A DNA stretch of 32,000 bases, taken from NCBI GenBank assembly GCA_964565945.1, contig CAZMGY010000019.1, forward strand, positions 60,001 through 92,000. The letters run 5' to 3'. A program made the translations under genes and the position numbers. This DNA comes from an uncultured bacterium (GTDB lineage: Bacteria > GCA-001730085). The notes below the pieces were generated by a model. It made no database searches and was not told where the DNA came from. It saw only the letters and a list, made by a program, of their open reading frames with translations. Below are positions 24,834 through 32,000 of this stretch, piece by piece (position 1 is the stretch's first letter; each line of letters begins with the position of its first letter).

Positions 24834-26318
24834 ATGGATGGGTTTTCTGCAGATGAGTTATTGTTGGGTCCCATAGGCTTAACGTACGACGATTTGATTT
24901 TTTTACCTGGATACATCGATTTTTCGCATAACGATGTTTGTTTGCGTACGCAGCTGACGCGCAATATTTCCCTTAATAGCCCTTTTGTCAGTTCCCCCAT
25001 GGATACGGTGACTGAAACTTGCACGGCGATTGCGTTGGCTCTGCAAGGTGGGATTGGTATTTTGCATTACAACAACACCATTGCGGAACAAGCGGCGATG
25101 GTACGTCAGGTCAAACGTTACGAAAATGGTTTTATTACCGACCCTGTGGTGTTAAGCCCTGAACACACGATAGCAGATGTGGATCAGATCAAAATTGAGT
25201 ATGGGTTTTCGGGGATTCCTGTTACCCAAGATGGCACCTTGCAAAGCCCTTTGGTGGGGATTGTGACCAATCGCGACATTGATTTGATTGCTGACCGCTC
25301 GACGTTGCTCAAAGATGTGATGACGATAGATTTGATTACGGCGCAAGAAAGCATCAGTCTGGATGAGGCGAATACGATTCTTAAGCAAAGTAAGCGTGGC
25401 AAATTGCCCATTGTGAATCAACAAGGTTTGTTGGTGTCGTTAATTGCGCGCCAAGATTTGATCAAAAACAAAGACTTTCCCTATGCTGCCAAAGGGGCGG
25501 ATAAGCACTTGTTGGTGGGAGCGGCTATTTCGACCCATGAGCAGGACAAAGATCGTTTGGCGGCCTTGGTGCAAGAAGGTCTTAATGTGGTCGTGATTGA
25601 TTCTTCTCAGGGGAACTCCTCGTTTCAGATCGATATGATTCGTTACATCAAAAAAACTTATTCCAATTTGGATGTGATTGCGGGAAATATTGTGACCCAA
25701 GAACAGGCGGAAAATTTGATTAAGGCTGGAGCGGATGCTCTACGTATTGGTATGGGGCCAGGTTCGATTTGCACCACTCAAGAAACGATGGCCTGCGGTC
25801 GATCACAGGGAACGTCAGTGTATCGTATGTCGCAGTATGTTTATAAGAAGGGGATTCCTACCATTGCCGACGGTGGAATTGCAAGCACTGGGCATATGAT
25901 GAAAGCCTTGGGGCTTGGGGCTTCGACCGTTATGATGGGATCGATGTTAGCTGGGGCCGAAGAGTCTCCAGGAGAGTATTTTTATAAAGATGGCGTGAAG
26001 CTCAAAACATATCGAGGTATGGCTTCGGCTGAAGCTATGAAGGAAGGTGGCGATAAACGTTATTTTAACGAAACGGCTAAGGTTAAGGTGACGCAGGGTG
26101 TTTCTGGTGCTGTGGCTGACCGTGGATCTCTTTACAAATTGTTGCCTTACTATGTGCAAGGCCTTAAACAGTCTTTGCAGGATCTTGGCTTTAAAGATCT
26201 TAGGGCTTTGCATCGGGCTCTTTACAAAGGGGTGCTTAGGATGCAGCAACGATCTTTGTCGGCTCAGAGAGAAGGGAACGTTCACGACATCTATGATTAT
26301 CAAAACCGCATTGTGTGA
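24834..26318 (+). CDS. guaB: Inosine-5'-monophosphate dehydrogenase, eukaryote-type sequence
   Basis: Catalytic loop IGMGPGSICTTQE, a CBS pair in the middle, ADGGI and GASTVMMGS motifs. Eukaryote-type signatures: GLTYDDLIFLPGYIDF, DSSQGNS, KVTQGVSGAV and a C-terminal SAQREGNVHDIYDYQNRIV. Confidence 0.97.
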   Translation: MDGFSADELLLGPIGLTYDDLIFLPGYIDFSHNDVCLRTQLTRNISLNSPFVSSPMDTVTETCTAIALALQGGIGILHYNNTIAEQAAMVRQVKRYENGFITDPVVLSPEHTIADVDQIKIEYGFSGIPVTQDGTLQSPLVGIVTNRDIDLIADRSTLLKDVMTIDLITAQESISLDEANTILKQSKRGKLPIVNQQGLLVSLIARQDLIKNKDFPYAAKGADKHLLVGAAISTHEQDKDRLAALVQEGLNVVVIDSSQGNSSFQIDMIRYIKKTYSNLDVIAGNIVTQEQAENLIKAGADALRIGMGPGSICTTQETMACGRSQGTSVYRMSQYVYKKGIPTIADGGIASTGHMMKALGLGASTVMMGSMLAGAEESPGEYFYKDGVKLKTYRGMASAEAMKEGGDKRYFNETAKVKVTQGVSGAVADRGSLYKLLPYYVQGLKQSLQDLGFKDLRALHRALYKGVLRMQQRSLSAQREGNVHDIYDYQNRIV

Positions 26319-26330
26319 GTCCTAGTATGT

Positions 26331-27869
26331 ATGAATCATGAACATATTCTTATTTTAGATTTTGGATCGCAGTATACTCAGCTGATTGCGCGGTGCGTGC
26401 GCGAGTTGAACGTTTATTGTGAAGTTCATCCTTACACCTGGAGTTTGGACGATATTAAATCTTTTAATCCTAAGGGTATTATTTTGTCAGGTGGGCCTTG
26501 GAGTGTTTATGACGATGAAGCTCCTAAAGTCTCGCAAGACCTTTTAGAGTTGGGCTGTCCTGTTTTGGGTATTTGTTACGGAGCTCAGCTGATGGCAGAA
26601 CTTTTAGGTGGTTTTGTGGAGCATTCTCGGGCACGCGAGTTTGGTCATGCGACCATGACAGTACATGATGCCACTGGTTTGTTTGAAACAGTCGAGGCCG
26701 AGATTAATGTGTGGATGAGTCATGGGGATAAAATTACTCAATTAGCGCCCGACTGCGTGGTGGCCGCTACGACAGATAATTGTCCTGTCGCAGCATTTCG
26801 GCATCAAGTTAAGCCGTATTATGGTTTGCAGTTTCATCCCGAGGTGGTTCATACGCCCCAAGGACGTTCGATTTTGGAATCGTTTGTGGTTCACATCTGT
26901 GGTTGTTCTCAAGATTGGACGATGGATTCCTTTATCGATTATGCCAAGGATAAAATTCGTGCGCAAGTTGGTGATAAGCATGTGATCTGTGGTTTAAGTG
27001 GTGGCGTGGACTCATCGGTGGTAGCCGTCTTGTTGCATGAGGCGATCGGGGATCAATTGACATGTGTTTTTGTGAACAATGGGGTTTTGCGTAAAAACGA
27101 AGCGGATGCTGTGATTGCTATGTGCCGCGAGCATTTTCACATGAAAGTGGTCTTGGTTGATGCTGAAGATCAGTTTTTGGATGTGCTTAAAGGTGTGACC
27201 GATCCCGAGACCAAACGTAAGCTGATCGGTAATATTTTTGTCGATGTATTCGATCACGAAGCGCAGGGGATTCCCGATGTTAAATTTTTGGCTCAAGGGA
27301 CTCTTTATCCTGATGTAATTGAAAGTGTTTCGGTTAAAGGGCCTTCAGATGTAATTAAAAGCCATCATAACGTGGGTGGTTTGCCCGAGAAGATGAAACT
27401 TAAACTTGTCGAGCCCGTCAGGGAGCTTTTTAAAGACGAAGTGAGGGAGTTAGGCTTAGTTCTTGGCATGGATGAAAGTGTGATTTGGCGTCAGCCTTTT
27501 CCGGGTCCAGGTTTAGCGATTCGTATTATCGGTGAAGTGACCAGAGAGCGTTTGGATATTTTGCGTGAGGCGGATGCTATTATTTTAGAGGAAATCAAAA
27601 TGGCAGGTATTTACCGCGATGTTTGGCAGGCTTTTGCTGTGTTATTGCCCGTGAAAACAGTTGGTATTATGGGGGATGCGCGTACCTACGAAAATGTTTT
27701 AGCTTTACGTGTTGTGGAAAGCAAAGACGGTATGACAGCCAATTGGGTTCATTTGGACTACGAGCTTTTGGGAAAAATATCCAATCGCGTAATTAACGAA
27801 GTTCGTGGGATTAATCGCGTTGTCTATGACATAAGTTCTAAGCCTCCAGCAACGATTGAGTGGGAATAA
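26331..27869 (+). CDS. guaA: GMP synthase (glutamine-hydrolysing)
   Basis: [16 protein letters not shown], GATase Cys in [10 protein letters not shown]-loop [16 protein letters not shown], and the canonical C-terminus KPPATIEWE. Confidence 0.97.
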   Translation: MNHEHILILDFGSQYTQLIARCVRELNVYCEVHPYTWSLDDIKSFNPKGIILSGGPWSVYDDEAPKVSQDLLELGCPVLGICYGAQLMAELLGGFVEHSRAREFGHATMTVHDATGLFETVEAEINVWMSHGDKITQLAPDCVVAATTDNCPVAAFRHQVKPYYGLQFHPEVVHTPQGRSILESFVVHICGCSQDWTMDSFIDYAKDKIRAQVGDKHVICGLSGGVDSSVVAVLLHEAIGDQLTCVFVNNGVLRKNEADAVIAMCREHFHMKVVLVDAEDQFLDVLKGVTDPETKRKLIGNIFVDVFDHEAQGIPDVKFLAQGTLYPDVIESVSVKGPSDVIKSHHNVGGLPEKMKLKLVEPVRELFKDEVRELGLVLGMDESVIWRQPFPGPGLAIRIIGEVTRERLDILREADAIILEEIKMAGIYRDVWQAFAVLLPVKTVGIMGDARTYENVLALRVVESKDGMTANWVHLDYELLGKISNRVINEVRGINRVVYDISSKPPATIEWE

Positions 27870-27911
27870 TTGTATTGGCTTGAAAATCTGGGTTGAGGGG
27901 ATTTTGAATTC

Positions 27912-30900
27912 ATGACACGTCCTTTTGTTCATTTGAGGGTTCATTCGGAATATAGTCTATTATCCAGTTGTTGCCGAACGGAGCAAATTGTCGATATGGC
28001 ATGTGATGATGGTATGTTGGCGGTGGCTCTGACCGATGCGGGCAATATGTTTGGCGTGGTGGAATTTTTTCAAAAGGCCAAAGCTAAAGGCATTCAGCCG
28101 ATTGTGGGTTTAGAGCCTTCCCTGACTTCGGGGTCCCGTTTTGATCGCAAAACGGCTAAAGACGGTGATATCTCCTTTCAGATTGGCTTGTTAGCCAAAA
28201 ATAACACGGGCTATCGAAATTTAATGAAGTTGGCCACCCTGGGCTATATGGAAGGCTTTTATTATCGTCCTCGGATTGACTGGGAGGTTTTGGAGGAATA
28301 TTCAGAAGGCCTGATTTGTTTGAGTGGTTTCGCACGAGGGCCTTTAGGCTATTATTTAATGAGCCAACAGGATGACAAGGCCGAAGAGTATTTGCAAAAA
28401 CTGATTCAGGTATTTGGCAACAACGATTTGTATCTGGAAGTCCAAAGACACAATTTGCCTGAGCGTGAAATTATTATTCATAAATATAAAGAATTGGGTG
28501 AAAAATATCAAGTACCGTTGGTGGCCACCAACGATGTTTATTATCCTAAGCAAGAGGATTTTTCGGTACATGAAATCTTGTTGTGCTTGCAATCGGGCAA
28601 ACTTTTGACTGATGACAAGCGCATGCGCTTTCCTTCGAACGAATTTTATTTTAAATCGGCTCAAGAAATGGAGCTATTGTTTCATGACTTGCCTGAGGCG
28701 ATTGAAAACACCAGTGTGATTGCTGAACGTTGTCAGGTGGATATCGATTTTAATTCTCGTCATTTACCTAAATTCAACACGCCAGAAGGGATGTCGAGTG
28801 AAGACTATTTGTTCAAGATTTGCTACAAAGAATTGCCACGTTTGTACCCGAATGCAACGCAGGATGTGACCGATCGTTTGAATTTTGAGCTTAAAATCAT
28901 TAATGACATGGGCTTTCCAGACTATTTCTTGATTGTAAGCGACTTTATTCGTTATGCCAAAGATCAGGGAATTCCGGTGGGACCGGGGCGTGGATCTGCT
29001 GCGGGGAGTATTGTTTCATATTTGCTTGATATCACAACGCTTGATCCGATTAAACACGATTTGCTTTTTGAGCGATTTTTGAATCCTGCTCGGATATCGA
29101 TGCCCGATATTGATATCGATTTTTGTAAGAACAAACGGGGGCAAGTGATTGATTACGTGACTGAAAAATATGGGCGTGAATGTGTGGCTCAGATTATCAC
29201 CTTTGGAACCATGGCGGCCAAAATGGTGGTGCGCGATGTAGGGAGGGTTTTGAATGTGCCTCTTTCCGATGTTGATCGTCTGGCTAAGTTGATTCCCAAT
29301 GATCCTAAGGTGAAGCTCAAAAATGCGTTGGAAGAAGTTCCTGAGTTAAAGGAGGCTTACGAGACCAATGTCAATTATCGGCGCTTGTTTGATGTGGCAC
29401 TTAAACTTGAGGGTATGGTTCGTCAGCCAGGGATTCATGCGGCAGGTATTATTATTTGTGAGTCGCCATTGACTGAAATGACACCTTTGTATCGCAGTGG
29501 CGAAGATGTGACCTCGCAGTACGAAGCCCTTCTTTTGGAAGAACTGGGCTTGCTGAAAATGGACTTTTTGGGGCTTAAAAATTTAACTGTCATTGCTGAT
29601 GCGTGTGCCAGCATTAAAAAGCAATATGGTGTTGATATTGATGTGAATACCTTGTCTTTAGAAGATAAACCCACCTATGATTTGTTAAGTTCAGGCCAGA
29701 CCATTGGTGTGTTCCAGTTGGAAAGTGATGGGATGCGCAATTTGGCTAAGAATATGGGTGTCGAGACCTTTGAAGTGATTGTGGCTTTGCTTGCCCTTTA
29801 CCGTCCTGGTCCTTTGGATTGGGCGCCCGACTTTATTGCGCATAAACACGGACGTCAAGAGATTGAGTATTTGCATCCTTTGATGGAGCCCATTTTGAAA
29901 GAAACCTATGGGGTGATGCTCTACCAAGAACAGGTGATGCGATCGGTGAGTGAATTGGCGGGTTTTACACTGGCCGAAGCGGATTTATTGCGTCGTGCTA
30001 TGGGCAAAAAGAAAAAAGATGTGATGGCAGCCCAGCGCGAGAAGTTTGTGCTTGGCTGCGAAGCCAAACATGAGATTGCGCCTGATTTGGCGCACAAAAT
30101 TTTTGATACGATTTATAAATTTGCTGGCTATGGATTTAACAAATCTCACAGTGTGGCGTATGCTCTGATTTCGTTTCAGACGGCCTATTTAAAAGCCAAT
30201 TATCCTGTTGAATACATGACAGCCTTGTTAACGCATTCGATGGATAACACAGATAAAGTTGTTTTGTTTATCGAAGAGTGCAAGCATATGGATATTGCCA
30301 TTTTACCTCCCGATGTTAATGAAAGTCAGGCTGAGTTCACAGTTGTGTCGGAGGGAATTCGTTTTGGTTTGAGTGCTGTGAAAAATGTAGGCGAAGGGGC
30401 GATTGAAGCGATTGATGTGGCAGCCAAAGAAGGGGGGGCTTTTTCGTCCTTAACCGATTTTTGTAAGCGCGTCGACATTTGCCAAGTGAACAAGCGGGTG
30501 GTCGAAAGTCTGATTAAAGCAGGGGCTATGGACTCTTTTGGTGTTAATCGATCTCAAATGATGCATATTTTGGATCGGGTGATTGAAATTTCTCAAAAGG
30601 ACCAAAAAGATAAGGTACGAGGACAGTCGTCTTTGTTTGAATTGATGGAGGAAGAAGGCGAAGCTCTGGTTGAAGAGCTCAGCTTTCCCGATATCGAAGA
30701 ATGGCCGTGCAATGAGTTGTTGTCGTTTGAAAAAGAGCTGGTAGGTTTCTATGTGACTGGTCACCCCTTGGAGGAGTATAGTGACTTATTGAGTTTGTAT
30801 GCCACCGAAAAGAGTTCGACGGTTGATAAATACAAGGATGTTGTTCCTCAAAAAGGCTATGGCGCCAATCGTGATCAGGGAGTCTTGGTGCGTGTTGGAG

Positions 30901-31397
30901 GATTGATTGTGGATGTGCGCACGATTGTGACACGCAAAGGTGATAAAATGGCCTTTGTTCGGCTCGAAGACCTTGATGGTCAAATGGAGGTCACGGTATT
31001 TCCAAAGGCGTATGAAATGTATCGGGAATTCCTGGTGGTGGATCAATCTATTTTTATGGAAGGTAAAGCCAGTTTGAACCAAAGAAGTGGGGGCGTGCAA
31101 GTGATTGCGAGCAAAATCATTGAACTCAAAAATGTACCTGGTCTTTATGCCGATCAGTTTTGTGTTTCGTTGTCGAGTGATTTACTGGATCGTACCTGTA
31201 TTCAACAAATTCAAAAGCTAGTTCAAATGTATCATGGTGATTGTCCTTTAATGTTTCATTTGGATTTGCCGTCGAAGGAGCGTATTTGCATTCAAGCAGG
31301 AGATATCTACCAGGTGAATCCTAATGCGGAATTAAAGAAAAAAATAGAAGCTATTTTGGGTATGGGGTCGGTTTGTTTGGAAGGGAAATCTTCGTGA
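27912..31397 (+). CDS. dnaE: DNA polymerase III alpha subunit
   Basis: PHP N-terminus HLRVHSEYSLL, GPGRGSAAGS, catalytic aspartates in MPDIDIDFC, FNKSHSVAYA, and a C-terminal OB-fold region. 1161 aa. Confidence 0.97.
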   Translation: MTRPFVHLRVHSEYSLLSSCCRTEQIVDMACDDGMLAVALTDAGNMFGVVEFFQKAKAKGIQPIVGLEPSLTSGSRFDRKTAKDGDISFQIGLLAKNNTGYRNLMKLATLGYMEGFYYRPRIDWEVLEEYSEGLICLSGFARGPLGYYLMSQQDDKAEEYLQKLIQVFGNNDLYLEVQRHNLPEREIIIHKYKELGEKYQVPLVATNDVYYPKQEDFSVHEILLCLQSGKLLTDDKRMRFPSNEFYFKSAQEMELLFHDLPEAIENTSVIAERCQVDIDFNSRHLPKFNTPEGMSSEDYLFKICYKELPRLYPNATQDVTDRLNFELKIINDMGFPDYFLIVSDFIRYAKDQGIPVGPGRGSAAGSIVSYLLDITTLDPIKHDLLFERFLNPARISMPDIDIDFCKNKRGQVIDYVTEKYGRECVAQIITFGTMAAKMVVRDVGRVLNVPLSDVDRLAKLIPNDPKVKLKNALEEVPELKEAYETNVNYRRLFDVALKLEGMVRQPGIHAAGIIICESPLTEMTPLYRSGEDVTSQYEALLLEELGLLKMDFLGLKNLTVIADACASIKKQYGVDIDVNTLSLEDKPTYDLLSSGQTIGVFQLESDGMRNLAKNMGVETFEVIVALLALYRPGPLDWAPDFIAHKHGRQEIEYLHPLMEPILKETYGVMLYQEQVMRSVSELAGFTLAEADLLRRAMGKKKKDVMAAQREKFVLGCEAKHEIAPDLAHKIFDTIYKFAGYGFNKSHSVAYALISFQTAYLKANYPVEYMTALLTHSMDNTDKVVLFIEECKHMDIAILPPDVNESQAEFTVVSEGIRFGLSAVKNVGEGAIEAIDVAAKEGGAFSSLTDFCKRVDICQVNKRVVESLIKAGAMDSFGVNRSQMMHILDRVIEISQKDQKDKVRGQSSLFELMEEEGEALVEELSFPDIEEWPCNELLSFEKELVGFYVTGHPLEEYSDLLSLYATEKSSTVDKYKDVVPQKGYGANRDQGVLVRVGGLIVDVRTIVTRKGDKMAFVRLEDLDGQMEVTVFPKAYEMYREFLVVDQSIFMEGKASLNQRSGGVQVIASKIIELKNVPGLYADQFCVSLSSDLLDRTCIQQIQKLVQMYHGDCPLMFHLDLPSKERICIQAGDIYQVNPNAELKKKIEAILGMGSVCLEGKSS

Positions 31398-32000
31398 AAC
31401 GTTTGTTAACCTGGTTTCTTGGGTTGGCTGTTCTGAGTTTAGGTTCTTTGGAAGCCTCTTTGATTGAGTATCGCATAGCACGTCATCCCTATTATCGTTT
31501 GTCGGAGTTGGCGCAATCGTTAAACTTAGAAAGCACTTGGGAGGAGTCTAGAGACGTGATGACCTTGGCTTCGGACAAAATGGTTCTTAAGTTTATGCCT
31601 TATAACGATTGGTTTTGGGCCAATCACCAGGTGTTTTCGCTAAGGGGAATGGTGTGTTACCACCAAGGACAGTTGATGGTACCTGCTTCGGTGCGAAAAA
31701 CAATTCATGACATTTTAGATCGACCTGCTTCGCGTATTCAGGCCTATTTTCAAGCCCCTAAGCCCAAAGTAAAAAAGTCTTCGTATCGTATTCGGACCAT
31801 TATGCTTGATCCTGGTCATGGAGGCAAGGATAGTGGTGCCCTAGGGGCTCAGGGTCTTAAAGAAAAAAACATTGTGCTTAAAGTCGGTTTACGTTTGAAG
31901 CAGCTTCTCAGGGATAAAGGTTTTCAAGTCTTGTTAACCCGAAAGAACGATATCTTTTTGCCTTTGTGGAAAAGATCTCAATTGGCCAACGAAGCCAATG
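31394..32000 (+). CDS. N-acetylmuramoyl-L-alanine amidase (Amidase_3 family), 3' end outside the window
   Basis: Absent from the ORF track because there is no stop in the window. My translation from GTG 31394 (overlapping the dnaE stop as GTGA) reads VKRLLTWFLGLAVLSLGSLEA (signal peptide) ... IRTIMLDPGHGGKDSGALGAQGLKEKNIVLKVGLRLKQLLRDKGFQVLLTRKND, the Amidase_3 N-terminal zinc-ligand motif. The frame stays open to nt 32000. Confidence 0.85.
   Translation, partial: MKRLLTWFLGLAVLSLGSLEASLIEYRIARHPYYRLSELAQSLNLESTWEESRDVMTLASDKMVLKFMPYNDWFWANHQVFSLRGMVCYHQGQLMVPASVRKTIHDILDRPASRIQAYFQAPKPKVKKSSYRIRTIMLDPGHGGKDSGALGAQGLKEKNIVLKVGLRLKQLLRDKGFQVLLTRKNDIFLPLWKRSQLANEAN

Overview
Moderately AT-rich bacterial chromosomal window in which every gene I can support is on the + strand. 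I found no rRNA, tRNA, CRISPR array, transposase, integrase or phage gene. Left housekeeping block (1-9913): fabF (its 5' end lies outside the window), an unusually short uvrC, rpsA, a tightly coupled UDP-GlcNAc operon (GlmU-like NTP-transferase/left-handed beta-helix protein, phosphohexomutase, glmS), then tyrS. Right housekeeping block (24834-32000): a eukaryote-type guaB, a bacterial-type guaA, dnaE, and the 5' part of an Amidase_3 cell-wall amidase that the ORF track misses because it runs off the window. Between the blocks lies a ~14.9-kb accessory segment (9914-24833), which is the main point of interest. It holds a 699-aa protein with a signal-like N-terminus, a two-helix hydrophobic hairpin and a Tyr/Cys/Asp-Pro-His arrangement resembling UFSP/Atg4-type papain-fold proteases. 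It also holds a 3871-aa protein with roughly 30 membrane helices in seven bundles, and a small secreted protein. An ordered motif set typical of processive family-2 glycosyltransferases (OpgH/BcsA-like) is embedded in the giant protein; the rest of it matches nothing I recognise. Both large genes sit behind near-consensus sigma-70 promoters with extended -10 elements, unlike the promoter-poor, overlapping housekeeping genes around them. All family comparisons come from motif reading and reference sequences recalled from memory. No database search or structure prediction was possible, so functions for the accessory genes are hypotheses. Taxon cannot be assigned; a host-associated lineage (possibly PVC/chlamydia-like) is only a weak guess.
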